From contig OZ024740.1 of NCBI GenBank assembly GCA_964016885.1, positions 430,714,001 to 430,778,000 of the forward strand: DNA of 64,000 nt, in the 5' to 3' direction. Both the position numbers and the translations under genes were made by a program. This stretch comes from Eledone cirrhosa (Eukaryota). The notes under the pieces were generated by a model. It ran no database searches. It saw nothing but the letters and a program-made list of their open reading frames with translations, and was not told where the DNA came from. Positions 29,998 through 48,399 of this stretch are shown here, one piece after another. Each line of letters starts with the position of its first letter. Position 1 is the stretch's first letter.

Positions 29998-30380
29998 TCA
30001 TCATCATCATCATCATCACCGTTTTACGTCCGTTCTTCCACGCTAGCATGGGTTAGACGGGTTGTCCTGTTGTGGGTAGTGTCTGGTCGGCTGACCATGC
30101 CTTGCTCATACAGGAACTGATTTGGCTTGATTTCTACAGCTGGATGCCCTTCCTAACACCAACCTCATTTACAGTGAGTGCTGGGTGCTTTTTCGTGGCG
30201 CCTACACGTCCACTTTACAGTGTGGGCTGGGTGCTTTTTTGCTGTGGCACCTCCACGACCACCTTGCGGTGGGAGGGGGGGGGGGCATATTGTCTATATG
30301 CTTCAGCTTGTACCCATGGGAGGTCGGGTACTCTGTATTACTGCGTGACGCCAGAAGTCACGGTCGTTTGTCATTGCCTT
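29998..30380 (-). mobile_element. RTE subfamily 1 3' fragment
   Basis: 3'UTR and (cat)n tail. Confidence 0.92.
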
Positions 30381-30400
30381 TGTATATATATATATATGTA

Positions 30401-30449
<49 letters not shown>

Positions 30450-30605
30450 GTATATATGTATATATATATATATATGTATATATATATGTATGTATATATA
30501 TTTGTATATATATATATGTATATAGTAATAATAATAAAATTGAAGACTAAAATCCAAACTTTAATCTGTTATTTAATAAATATATATGCATATATATATA
30601 TATGT

Positions 30606-30636
<31 letters not shown>

Positions 30637-30644
30637 TATATATG

Positions 30645-30692
<48 letters not shown>

Positions 30693-30731
30693 AATGTATG
30701 TATATATATATATATATGTCCTTGTATATAT

Positions 30732-31762
30732 GTCCTTGTAAGTAGACGAGAAAACAGAACCCAGATCCCCTCAGGGAAATGGCCTTGCTCAGTATGTAGG
30801 AAAGGTGTAGGTAGGAACTCCATTCTCTGCCCCAAATGCAAACAGTGGGTACACAAGAGATGTAGCAGGATCTCAGGAAGCTTAATTAAGAATGTAGCAG
30901 CGGAGGTGGGTGTTCAGAAAGTACAATAACTAGGGTAAGAACGGGATGGAAGAAGTTTAGGGAACTACTACCACTGCTAGCTGCAAAAGGCTTCTCCCTC
31001 AGAATGAAAGGCAGACTGTATGATGCGTGTATCCGAACAGCAATGTTGCATGGTAGTGAGACCTGGGCGCTGTAGGTGGAAGACTTATGTAGATTATAGA
31101 GAAACGAAGCCTGCATGCTCCGATGGATGTGTTACAGTAATATACGTGAACGACAAAGCAGAAATGAATTGAGAGAGAGAGACTGAGCATAAGAGGAATC
31201 AAATGCTGTGTGCAGGAGAGGCGGTTGCGCTGGTATGGACATGTGATGCGTATGAAGGATGGAAGCTGCATAAAAAGGTGCAGAGCACTAGAAGTTGATG
31301 GAAACCGCGGAGTGGGGAGACCCAAGATGACCTGGGATGAGGTGATAAAAGCCGACCTTACCCAATTACACCTCTCAAAGGCAATGACACACGACCGTGA
31401 CTTCTGGCGTCACGCAGTAATACAGAGTACCCGACCTCCCATGGGTACAAGCTGAAGCATATAGACAATATGCCCCCACACCCCCACCGCAAGGTGGTCG
31501 TGGATGTGCCACAGCAAAAAAGCACCCAGCCCACATTGTAAAGTGGACGTGTAGGCGCCACGAAAAAGCACCCAGCACTCACTGTAAATGAGGTTGGTGT
31601 TAGGAAGGGCATCCAGCTGTAGAAATCAAGCCAAATCAGTTCCTGTATGAGCAAGGCATGGTCAGCCGACCAGACACTGCCCACAACAGGACAACCCGTC
31701 TAACCCATGCTAGCGTGGAAGAACGGACGTAAAACGGTGATGATGATGATGATGATGATGAT
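30732..31762 (+). mobile_element. RTE subfamily 1 3' fragment, degraded, internal deletion
   Basis: WPCSVC...RRLRWYGHV, 3'UTR, (tga)n. Confidence 0.92.
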
Positions 31763-31790
31763 GTATATATATATATATATATGTATGTAA

Positions 31791-31906
<116 letters not shown>

Positions 31907-32119
31907 GCATATATATAGTATTAAGGATACTATTTATGGTTATGTATATACTAAAACCTTTTATAGTTATATATATTTTAAACCCTAAATAGTGAAAGAC
32001 AGTAATATATTACTACCTTATTACCAGTAAGATAAATAGCTCAATGTAACAACATCAGTTGTTCTACAGAGCAGTTATATAGAAATTACATGAATCAAAG
32101 TTCTGTTTAAACCATTTAT

Positions 32120-32168
32120 TCGCTTACAATTGTTTCTTCCAAACCGAGGTGTGGAGTCTTCGGAGCAA
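32120..32168 (-). ncRNA. Variant hammerhead, family I (C4)
   Basis: UUGCU CCGAAGA C UCCAcACC uc GGUuUGGA A GAAA CAAUUG UA^AGCGA. Confidence 0.65.
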
Positions 32169-32528
32169 TTTTTCAATGATTTTTTACATAGTTGACCTCC
32201 TTTCCAACACAAGAGACATATAGAAACATATGTATATATTGTGCACAGTGGGTTGACATCCATTATAATAATATAGCATGGCAATTTACATACAAAGATT
32301 AAAGTCATATTAAAGGACAAAATTAAAGTTAAAATATAACATTGGCAGTTTACGAAGATAAAGCAAGAGGATAGTTTGAAGTAGTTAGTGTATGCAATAG
32401 TTACACGTGGGGCATGCACGTGTGTCTTATTTATATAAGATTATAGTGCGGCAGGGTGTTATATGTAATACAAGCAGTTTAAGCGGGCAATCAAGAGTAT
32501 TATGGGGGTTGTATTGGTAAAGTATTTT

Positions 32529-32606
<78 letters not shown>

Positions 32607-32610
<4 letters not shown>

Positions 32611-32861
32611 GAAGAGTAATTCGTGGTAGCGATAGACCCAACTGTGGCATTTGCATCAACCTAATAGAGGGTTCGGAATTCTATTTCAAAGAAGGACAAC
32701 GTTTTATAGTAAAACACAATTTCACATGTGCATCGGAAAATCTAATATATGTATTAACTTGCTCAGGTTGTCGAGAACAATACATAGGCCAGACCCAAAA
32801 CAGCCTCCGCCAACGCATGACTGTCCATAGATCCCAAATTAAAATACGGGAATACAGGAAA

Positions 32862-32951
<90 letters not shown>

Positions 32952-33042
32952 ATCTTAATAGCCATTTGAACTGTCAACAGGCTGCGGTTCGCACACACAT
33001 CCCTGCTAACCATTATCACAACATCGAACACTTTACGACTAC

Positions 33043-33089
<47 letters not shown>

Positions 33090-33498
33090 TTGTTGTGAAA
33101 GAGTCATTTCTCAGTCTTGGCGCAAAATCAATTTTTTACATTCACATGACCTCTACCGACCAATCAAAATTGTTTTGACCACAAGAATTTTTTGCAACAC
33201 CAAGTAGCACTGGAGCCACTTTTTTAACATAAAAACAGGTAGAATTCCCAAAACTAATCAGATCAGAGCAAACAACACGGACGCTCTATCTCAAAATTAT
33301 TTTTGAAAAGCATTTAGAAATGCGCAACCGGTAAAAACTTAAAAACTTAAAACCACAACTGAATACTAACCCATACAATTACTAATACTCTTTTATTCCT
33401 AATTAAACTATTTTTCAACTGTGAACAATTTGTCAGCATTTTCTATTCCGTTTACCAATATATAATAACTTGTGTGTTACACCTCTATTCTTTTAACT
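32607..33498 (+). mobile_element. PLE 3' fragment (GIY-YIG) interrupted by (CA)n; degenerate family C HHR at 33300-33336
   Basis: CGIC...FTCASENLIYVLTCSGCREQYIGQTQNSLRQRMTVH; UUU UUGAAAA GCAUUU ag AAAUGC GCAA CCGG UA^AAA. Confidence 0.85.
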
Positions 33499-33503
33499 AT
33501 ATA

Positions 33504-36535
<3,032 letters not shown>

Positions 36536-36551
36536 TGTATATATATATATA

Positions 36552-36849
36552 TGGCTTAGTGGTTAGAGCATTGGCCTTGCAATCAAAAGGTTGTGAGTTC
36601 AATTCTTAGACCGGGTGATGTGTTGTTTCCTTGAGCAAGACACTTTATTTCACATTGCTCCAGTTTACTCAGCTGTAGAAATGAGATTCCACTGCAAAGT
36701 GGTCGTGGAGGTGCCACGGAAAAAAAGCACCCAGCACTCACTGTAAATGAGGTTGGTGTTAGGAAGAGCATCCAGCTGTAGAAATCAAGCCAGCATCAGT
36801 TCCCGTCCCACCCTTGCAAGCAGGGAAAAAGCGGACGTTAAATGAAATG

Positions 36850-36850
<1 letters not shown>
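36552..36850 (+). mobile_element. tRNA-derived SINE with RTE-like tail
   Basis: A box tggcttagtgg, B box gagttcaattc, shared RTE 3'UTR. Confidence 0.85.
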
Positions 36851-36881
<31 letters not shown>

Positions 36882-36908
36882 GTATATATATATATATATA
36901 TATGTGAA

Positions 36909-37124
36909 GGCGCGTGGCTGAGTGGTAAGAGAATTGAGCTCTCAATCGTGAGGTTGTGAGTTCGATTCCTGGACCGGGCGATGTGTTATGTCCTTGGGCA
37001 AGACATTTTATTTCACGTTGCTCCTTCTACCTGGAGTTGCGACCGATAGATAGTATTAGCAATTGGAAAGACCAATGGAAACATTGTTTCCTCGGTCCGA
37101 TTTGACGAAAGTCAATCGACTGTC
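36909..37124 (+). mobile_element. Related tRNA-derived SINE with a different 3' part
   Basis: A box tggctgagtgg, B box gagttcgattcc, ccttgggcaagaca. Confidence 0.8.
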
Positions 37125-37137
37125 ATATATATATATG

Positions 37138-37189
<52 letters not shown>

Positions 37190-37195
37190 TATATG

Positions 37196-38969
37196 TTTCT
37201 TTTATTTGCCACCAGGGCATCAAAAGTGGGACAAGTACAATGGGGGGAGTTTGCAAAACAAGGCGTCCTCAATAAAGAGGAGGCAATAACAATATATAAA
37301 AATAAAATAAAATATAACAAAAAATAAAATTTATAACAAAGTCCACAATAGAGAGGAGGCGCCTTGGGGGGTCGCACACCCCCCCGAAAAAAGTGTGCAA
37401 CCCTTCTCCTCAGGAGCACAGAGAAGGGGTGCTCCCTTGGTCTTTCATCTTCCTCACCTATAGTCTGATGTAGAGTGAAGGCCCATTCACACGGGCCATT
37501 CTCGCCACTTTCACCCATCTTTCATAGAAACGGCTGGGGTGCAGCACCTCTCTCTCCATCCTGATCCTTCTTCCGAAATGATATCGGAAGAAACGGACCA
37601 GTTGTTGGCCAGAGAGAAAGGTGTCTGACCTCAGTCCTTTCAGACGCGTCCACCATACAACCTCTTTCGCCATGGCTATTACGCACAGAAACACCGCCTC
37701 TCCTTCGTTTTTGAAGAGGGGAGGCGGCTTGATCGTTACAATAGACTCGGTGGTCAACCGGATCGGTCCCACCCTTGACAGCAGTTGTTCGACATAGCCC
37801 CACAGATCGGCAATGCCCGAGCAGTGTACCAATGCGTGTGCAACGGTTTCCTCGTCGCACACGCATCTGGGACAGACCTTTTTCGATGGGTCCCTACCCG
37901 GGCGCCCGTGTCTGTAGAGCCTTTCTCGAACGGGCAGAGCCCTTCTGTAGCATTGCCAGGCCAGGGACCTCTGGCTGAATGTCCCGGGCTGAATGTCCTA
38001 CCGAACAGGTTGGCCAGTTCGTCTTCCTCCATGCCTAGGGCTTCTCCGAGGGCGTCGTCGCACCTGCTAACCACCAGCCCTCTATAGAATGACGAGGTGG
38101 ATTCTCCACTGACAGCCGGGTCCGCCTGCCAGAGAGCCGTGAGCGCCTGGGCACACTCGGTGTGCCAGGCGCCCAGTTTTCTCAGTCTTTGCTTGACCCA
38201 GGATTGCAGCTCGGTGAGTGAGACGAGTCTGGGAAAGGCTCGCCTCACAAACGGGGCCCACACCGGTTGACCGGAGAGGAATACCTGAAGGTGCCGTAGC
38301 CTTAATGCGTGTTTACGTATCATCAGCCACGGCATCCCCAGCCCTCCTTTCGAAGGGTGTTGACAGCAGATGGATCTCCTCACCATAGGAGCCCGCTTCT
38401 TCCAAAGGAATTGGAAGAGTGCGCGCTCCATTTTGGCGAGCGTTTCCCTTGGGCAAGGCACCACGGTCAGGCGGTAGTAGATGACGGACGCTATATAAGT
38501 GTTCGCCACCTCCGCCCGACCTTTCAGGGACAGTTTGCACTCGGCCCACTTCTGGGTCAGTGCAAACACCCTGCTCGTCACCTCACCCCAGTTCTTCTCC
38601 ACCTGGAGGTCTGGTCCGAACCAGACCCCGAGCAATTTCACCGGGCCCTCCGTCCAGCGCCCGACGACGCCATCGGAGGGCATCGATCTGCCCCTCCACG
38701 TGCCGAGTTGCAGACAGATCGACTTGTCCCGGTTCAGCTTAGCCCCTGTAAACCTTTCGTACTCCTCCAGTAAGGTGCCGATCGCCCCGATTTCCGAGGC
38801 CGTCGACACCATTACTGTTACGTCATCGGCGTAGGCTGACACCGCTTTCCGCAATCCCGGTTCCAACGGGATGCCCTGCAACAACTCCAACTTCCGCAAC
38901 AGTGGCTCTAGAGTCACTACATACAGAAGGGAGGAGAGAGGGCACCCCTGTCGGATGGACCGCGCGATT
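37196..38969 (-). mobile_element. Tx1/L1-clade LINE 3' half (RT + CCHC), frameshifted
   Basis: [46 protein letters not shown]; flanked by (TA)n. Confidence 0.9.
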
Positions 38970-38975
38970 TGTATG

Positions 38976-39082
<107 letters not shown>

Positions 39083-39114
39083 GTTTATATATATATATGT
39101 ATATATATATATAT

Positions 39115-39206
<92 letters not shown>

Positions 39207-39208
<2 letters not shown>

Positions 39209-39583
39209 CTATCTATCTAAGGTGGGTAAAATTCCCGAGATCCATGGACGAGTTCTCTCCAGCGGTCTCTGTCCCTCATTATCGCTGCCATATCCTGCAT
39301 CTCCAACAGACCAGTGTCTGTCCTTAGGGCATCAACATATGTTAACCTTGGTCTTCCTCTTCTAGTGTGTCCATGTAGGGGTCTGAGACTTGGACACTGA
39401 CCAAGAGACTCACTCAGATGGTGGATGGGTGCTACACGAGAATGCTGAGGATGGCTCTGAACATTAATCAGTATACACTGGGGATGAAAAACTCAGAGCT
39501 GTATGGGAGCATCCCAAAAGTCAGCTCAAAAATGACACAGAGGAGACTGAGGTTGGCTGGACATGCTCACCGACATCCAGAGT
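39207..39583. mobile_element. Third RTE-type LINE 3' fragment with 5' inversion
   Basis: Plus 39379-39583 GSETWTLT...RRLRLAGHAHRHPE; minus about 39380-39218 [15 protein letters not shown]...DRDRWRELV plus (gata) tail. Confidence 0.8.
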
Positions 39584-39783
39584 ATATATATATATGTATA
39601 TATATATATGTATATATATATATGTATATATATAGATTTTGAGTATATGTTGGTTGTATACCAACACCTCAGTATGCAGGCTGGAGCACTTGACGAAGTG
39701 CGCAGGTTGGTTTGGTTACTACGGAGTAATGTAAAATAAAGTTAAATAAAAAGTCAAATGTTTAAAATTTAGTTTCGTTTATT

Positions 39784-39838
39784 ACTGCTATATATATTTC
39801 AGTGACAGCCATCTTTGGCTGTGACCTCTTCAGGCAGT
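39784..39838 (-). ncRNA. Type I hammerhead ribozyme, family H (element about 39640-40390)
   Basis: ACUGC CUGAAGA GGUcACAGCCA aaga UGGCUGUcACU GAAA UAUAUA UA^GCAGU; inverted 20-nt remnant at 40368-40387. Confidence 0.8.
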
Positions 39839-42481
39839 TTGAATTAGTGTGGTATAGACAAGCACATATGTTGTTGAGGTTTATAATTTTGTCAATACTC
39901 TGATATGCCCAGTTCCTGGTTGGGTTGTTATTTCACTGAGGAACTGGAATCATATGAATTCAAACAAACGAATTTCAGTGTCAAAGGGCTTCTTCTCCTC
40001 TCATTGGTCAGTTATTAGAACATTCCTCATTCTAAGTGTTGTTATTGTTGGAGTTAGCTTATAAAATTGATAAAATGGTAGAAGGGACAAGGTATTAAAG
40101 GAACAAAATAACAAAAAAAAGTGTCAAACTTCCCATTGGTCAGTTCTGAGAGCATTCCTCAGTCAGAAGTCTATAGAATTCTTTCTGGGGTGAGGCTCCC
40201 TGTAGTGTTTGTGTGCTATTGTTAAGTACATTTGACCACTACCATTATTTTGGTAGTGTTGTTGGTGTTGTGGTGAGCTTATGTCTTGCTACTGCTGACA
40301 ATTTAGAAGTATCCAGTGTGTGTTTTTTCTTCTTTTCTTCATCCCTCCTGCCACCATCTCTCATAGTCTGTCACTGAAATATATATACGCACACCCACAC
40401 ATATGTCTGCGTGTGTGTGCACACACACGCAGACATATGTGTGGGTGTGCGTGCGTGTGTGCATGCATGCACGCATGTGTGCGTGCATTGTATGCATGTA
40501 TATTGTATGTATATATATATATGTATATTGTATGCATGCGTATTATATTGTGTGTATGTGTATATGTGACATGTATGTGAATATATGTATGTATGCGTAT
40601 GAGTGTGTATGTGTAAGTGTATGATGTGTGTATGTATGTGTATATGTATGTATACTTTTCTGTAGAAATTCTCTCTATATGTGGTGTGTGGCACGAATTC
40701 CTCCTATAATACTCTTCTCTGAGAGGAGCACGATATGCAGAGTAACACATATGTATTGTCGAAGTTGAAACTGAGAACCACCACCCCTCCTGCTGACCCA
40801 AATGTTTACTGAGGACCAGAACACCATTCTCCGCAATATAAGAGCGAAATGCGCTTGCTGGACTATTGATGACCATAACATCACATTCCAAGGTAATGGC
40901 AAAACACAGTGAATGCTATGCACGACCAGAACATCACAACATGAATATCCGAGCAACAAAGATATAATATCAATAGGGGAATCAACTGAATTTTTTGAGT
41001 TGAAATACATATGGATATGTGTCTGTGTGTATCGGACACACGTACACATAAAGAAGCTGTTGACCTAAATATACCTGTCATGTCTGTCTGAATTCCTAAG
41101 GGAATTGTCGGCCAGTTGCTGTCTTGACCGATTGTAGTACCAGTGGGTGAATCATTTGAGTTTTTTGAGTTGAAATACATATAAATATGTGTCTGTGTGT
41201 GTCGGACACACGTACACATAAAGAAGCTGCCGACCTAAATGAGCCTGTCATGCCTGCCTGAATTTTCGGTCAGTTGCTGACTTGACCGATTAACCCCACA
41301 ATTACTACGTAGCGGTTCTTGCACGTGACTGCTGGACCCGGATGAAACGAAGACGAAGAATTTCCTTGCGTACCGTTTTGTACCACAGATGCGACCTCAC
41401 CCTGCCTCGTTAATGTCCTATCGACACCAAAGTTCAACGTTCGGGCGAATAGATTTGAATCCAACCACCAACAACATAGCTGAATGACCGATAATCACAC
41501 CAAACCGGAGTATTGTGATCCTTGTGATTTCCAGATATACAACCACTGACACTGTTACGAAGACCAGAAAACCATACTCCATATATTGAACCAAGTGATT
41601 GATTTGTGCGACCAAAATAACACCAAACACATATTGAACTAGGAATATTGGATCCTCCGTCAATGTCCGGGTGAGCAAAAATAGATTTCTATCTGCATTG
41701 GAATTTACGAACTTGTGCATCTGCTGTGGTGTCAAAAACAAACGCACATGACCGCACAAATAAACAATGGACCATGCCACGTGGCTTGAACCCGTAAGTG
41801 AATTGAAGGTTCTGCAACTCTGATACACAGATTATTTATTATTAAGATGTATAAACTTGACATAACTATTATCATCTTATATTCTCTCAACTAATCACAC
41901 TTGATCATATTTCTCTATCCCGTTTTCTCCTCCCATAATTATTATATTTTTATTATTATTTGAAAAAATCGGTTTTTTTACATTGTGTTTTCCCCTCCAA
42001 ATATTCGCTTATATTTCTTTATATATTCTATATATATATTTTTTTATCTTTATTATTTCCACTTTTATCCTCCTTTATATTTTACCTTATTCTTACTTTT
42101 ATACCTTATTATAGTGTAATCTTCCCCATGCCTTATTATACACTATTAATTATAGATTATTATTATTACTCTTTTTCCATTTCTAATTACCTCATGTACT
42201 TTCTCCTCCGCTATATATATATATATTGTATGCCCTTTGTGTTTGTGTAGCCTATGCGCACCCTCTGCACCATACTATCGACGCCACCCCATCTATGGTT
42301 CAGCTAACCACTCGACTCCCGGGAATGAATATGACCGCAGCTAGTAAACAAGGACCCACACCCACCCTCCCGCACAAAAATTAGACTTATCGTCCCCTAC
42401 TTTTGCTCTTTACTCTCTTTACTCTTTGTTCTTGAATGTTTGGTTGGTAGAGTCCATAACACCAATCAAACCCCTTTTATA

Positions 42482-42526
42482 GCTCTGACGAATCCTACGG
42501 TTACGTAAGGAAGAATCATTGTAAGC
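42482..42526 (+). ncRNA. Degenerate hammerhead, family I-related
   Basis: GCU CUGACGA A UCCUACG guua CGUAaGGA A GAAU CAUUG UA^AGC, then AATAAA. Confidence 0.55.
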
Positions 42527-42668
42527 CAATAAAAATATTTTGATGTTGTAGACGCTCCTGTGTTCTTTTTCATATATACGGCTCTGCTCCAAAGCATAGA
42601 GCTAATTATTATGCTGCCAATACCTTAATGGGACACGGGTATACAATACCTAACTCCTATTAACCTAA

Positions 42669-42703
<35 letters not shown>

Positions 42704-42706
<3 letters not shown>

Positions 42707-45700
42707 TCATCATCATCATCATCATCATCATCGTTTAACGTCCATGTTCCACGCTTGCATGGGTTTGGACGGGAGTTTTCCCACTTGAGGCAAGAGTGGT
42801 TGTCTTGCTCGCATAGGACTGTCTAGCGGGTTTTCTACAGCTGGATGCCCTTCCTAACACCAACCACATTTACAGTGTGGCACTGGGAGGTTTTTACCGT
42901 GTTGCCTACACGGCCACATTACAGCGTGGATTGTGTGTTTTTTTTGTCGTGACACCTACACAATCTTATTTGTTTCGGCCTGGATGTTGTGGCACCATCA
43001 TAACTTTACATTGAAAGGGGCGGTGTGGATGGGGTGGGGGTGGTGGGACGGGGGTGTATTTTGTTAGAGATGCCTACTGGCTGTAGTAGGTTTTACTTTG
43101 TATTTAGGTAAGGCGGGTCTTCTCTATTACTGAGTACCGCCAAAGATCTCGGTCCAGTGATATTGTCTTGGAGAGGTGTAGGTGTGTGAGGTCGGAATTT
43201 ATCAGGTCGTCCCAGGTTTTTCTGGGTCTGCCTACTCCGTGGCTACCGTCTATCTTTATTGCCCTGCACCTTTTTATACAGCTGTCGTCTTTCATGCGCA
43301 TCACGTGACCATACCAACGTAGCCTTCTCTCGAGTAAACAACATCTGATCCCTCTTATTTCTAATTTTTCCCTTAGTTCGTTTATGCTTTGCCGTTCACG
43401 TGTATTACTATTATACATCCAGCAGAGCATGCAAGCTTCGTTCCTCTCTAGTCTGCGTATATCCTCTGCACAGGTCTCACTGCCAGGTCTCACTGCCATG
43501 CAACATTGCTGTTCGTATGCAGGCATCATACAGCCTGCCTTTCATTTTTAGGGAGAACCCTTTAGCGGCTAATAGTGGTATAAGCTCTCTGAACTTTTTC
43601 CATCCAGTTCTGACGCTAGCTACTGTACTTTCAGAACACCCTTCCCCACTGCTGATTTTGTCACCCAGGTAATGGAAGCTGTCCACTATTTCCATAGAAC
43701 TCTCTGCGCAATTGAAAGAGCTAGTATTCTGTGGGCACTTGCTGCTACTTATTGCACCAGAGCACCGGCCACATGTAAATTTATGTTCTTAGTTAGCTTA
43801 CCTGTGATCCCACTACATCTTTTATGCACCCATACTTAGCATTTGGGACATAAAATGGAGTTTCTACCTACGCCTTTCCTACACACTGAGCATGGCCATT
43901 TCCCGGAAGGGACCGGCACCTTATTTTCTTTCCTACAAACTCGAACTTTAGTCTTAGCCAGGTTAATTTTAAGGCCTTTTGATTTTAGGCCGTGCTTCCA
44001 TGTTTGGAATTTCTTCTCTAGCTCGGCCATTGATTCAGCTATGAGCGTTAGATCATTTGCGTATAGGAGTTCCCATGGGCAGCCGGTCTTGAACTCCTCT
44101 GTTATAGCCTGAAGGGCAATAATAAATAGTAGGGGGCTAAGAACAGAGCCCTGATGAACACCAACTTTTACGCTAAACTCTTCACTATATTCGTTGTTAA
44201 TTCTAACCTTGCTGACTGTTTCTTTATACATGGCTTGTATAGCTCTCACAAGCCATTCATCAACACCTAGTTTTCTAAGAACCCACCAGATAATGGAGCG
44301 GGGGACTCTGTCAAAGGCTTTCTCCAAGTCAACAAAAGCTAAGTATAGGGGTTTACTTTTAGCTAGGTACTTCTCCTGTAGTTGTCGTACAATGAAAAGA
44401 GCGTCTGTGGTACTTTTGCCTGACACAAACCCGAACTGCATTTCATCTAGATCAATTCTCTCTCTGATTAGTTGCGCTATTACTTTTTCCGTGACCTTCA
44501 TGACCTGGTCGATTAATTTAATGCCTCTATAGTTACTCCTATCTAGGGCGTCTCCTTTACCCTTGTAGCAGTTAATGATGATGCTGCTACGCCAGTCCTT
44601 CGGAACAACCCCATTCTGTATGACTTGGTTTACTATCCGGGTGACCATGGTGTGTCCCACCATTCCAGATGCCTTCAGCATCTCAGCAACTATTTCCGAA
44701 GGCCCAGCCGCCTTACCCGTCTTCATATCTTTGATTGCCTTACTTATTATACTACCTTCGACTAACACTGCTGGTCCCTCTATTGGGTCGATGTGGAGGA
44801 GACTGTCTTTCTCCCATTTATTCTCCTCATTTAGTAGCCTTTCGTAGTGACACTTCCAAGCTACCTTCTTATCAGCGTCAGTGATGGCAAGTACGCCATC
44901 ATCATTAAGTACACACTTTTCCCCGACAATATCACGGTTTTCCTTGACGCATTGTCTAGCAATCCTGAACACCTCACGTTTTTGGTCCTCGCGTTGTAGA
45001 ACATGCTTGAACTTTCTACCTCTGCTTCCCTTCTTGCGAAGTACACTTGTCTCCTAGCTTCCCTCCTGGCCACTTGATAGTCCTCTCTACTTCCCCCATC
45101 CCGCCATACTTTCCAAGCCTGCTTTATGGCCTTAATTGACTCCTCCACCTTACTGTTCCACCACCATGTTACTCTCCTCCTGCCTATAGGCCTGCTCCGG
45201 CCACAGACTTCGTCTGCCGCCATCAACAGGTTTGCTTTCAGGAATTCCCACTGTTCCTCTATATTGTACGACTCTAATTGCTCTTCCTTACTGTCGAAAG
45301 CATCAAGTAATATGCTTTTTAAATTTATTTCTGGCTGTGGGGTCCTTGAGCTTCCATATTTTTCTCCTGAGGATAGTCCTCTTCTGCTGTCTAGTACGTC
45401 GCGTCCTGACTATGAGGTCGCTAATTATCAGTCTATGTTGGGAGGTGCATTCTTCATGGGGGAGGGATTTAGTGTTTACAACAGACACTCTGTCACGTCT
45501 TCTGGTAAGGATATAATCTACCTGGCTTGTATGTTCCCCGGATCTATAGGTGATCAAGTGATTGTCTCGTTTTTTGAAGTTAGTGTTACAGATAGTTAGG
45601 TTGTTTGCATCACAGAATTCCAGGATTCTGGAGCCTTCCTCGTTTCTAGTACCAAACCCATAGCCTCCGTGGATTCCGTCATAGCCGTCACAATGTTGTC

Positions 45701-46440
45701 CAACGTGGCCATTTAGGTCACCAGCAATAATTATATAGTCACTGTCGGTTATTTGGGAGGTAGTGAGCATCAGTGTCTCATAGAATCTGTCTTTTATAGC
45801 GCTAGGCAGTCCGGATTGGGGCGCGTATGCAGATATTACTGTCACAGTAGTTCTGTTTAGAACAAGTCTTATTTTAATTATTCTGTCATTCACTCTATTT
45901 ACATCTATTATCTTATCCACCCATTTTTCTGCTAACATGATTCCTACCCCATCTATCCCATTGTCATTTCCCACCCAGAAAAGCGTATAGCAATGTCTTT
46001 TAGCCACAATGAATTTAGCAGACCCGCCCCTCCACCTGGTCTCTTGGATACAGCAAACATCAACCTCCTTACGTTCAAGCAATTCTACAACCTCGTTAGA
46101 GTGGCCTTTTAAGGTGCCTACATTCATGGTACCAACTCTGAAGTTTTGGATTGTGTTTGGAGGATGGGGCACAGGGAGGGGTGAGGGGGATGGGGTTGGG
46201 GTTATGTTATCCATCCGCGGCCGAAACAAAGAGGAGGGGGCCTTGCCCTTTCGTCCGGCATTCGTTATCTTTGGCATTGTCATCGAGTGTCCAGATTCTT
46301 CAGACTCTCCAGAAATTCCTTAGTCCATCCATCATATCGAAAAGCAGCCAGAAGTGATAGCATAGGCCGTTGACTTGTGATTGGTCCAAATAATAAGGTG
46401 GAGAGTGGGGGCGGGAGGGGTATGGGGGTAGTTAGCAAAG
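42704..46440 (-). mobile_element. RTE subfamily 2, near full-length, disrupted (YADD to YAND)
   Basis: ORFs 45303-46283 APE, 43836-44972 RT, (cat)n tail. Confidence 0.95.
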
Positions 46441-46538
46441 AGAATATTATTTAGAACAATATGAATGAATGGACCGATAGGCTGGAGAGAGATAAGAAAA
46501 ATGGCATTTACATTATACTTCGCAGATATATATATATG

Positions 46539-46601
<63 letters not shown>

Positions 46602-46602
46602 G

Positions 46603-48291
<1,689 letters not shown>

Positions 48292-48292
48292 G

Positions 48293-48323
<31 letters not shown>

Positions 48324-48330
48324 GTATATG

Positions 48331-48377
<47 letters not shown>

Positions 48378-48399
48378 GTAAATATATATATATGTATAT

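Noticed and set aside
36552-36980. tRNA genes
   Set aside because: A/B boxes are SINE heads; no complete cloverleaf
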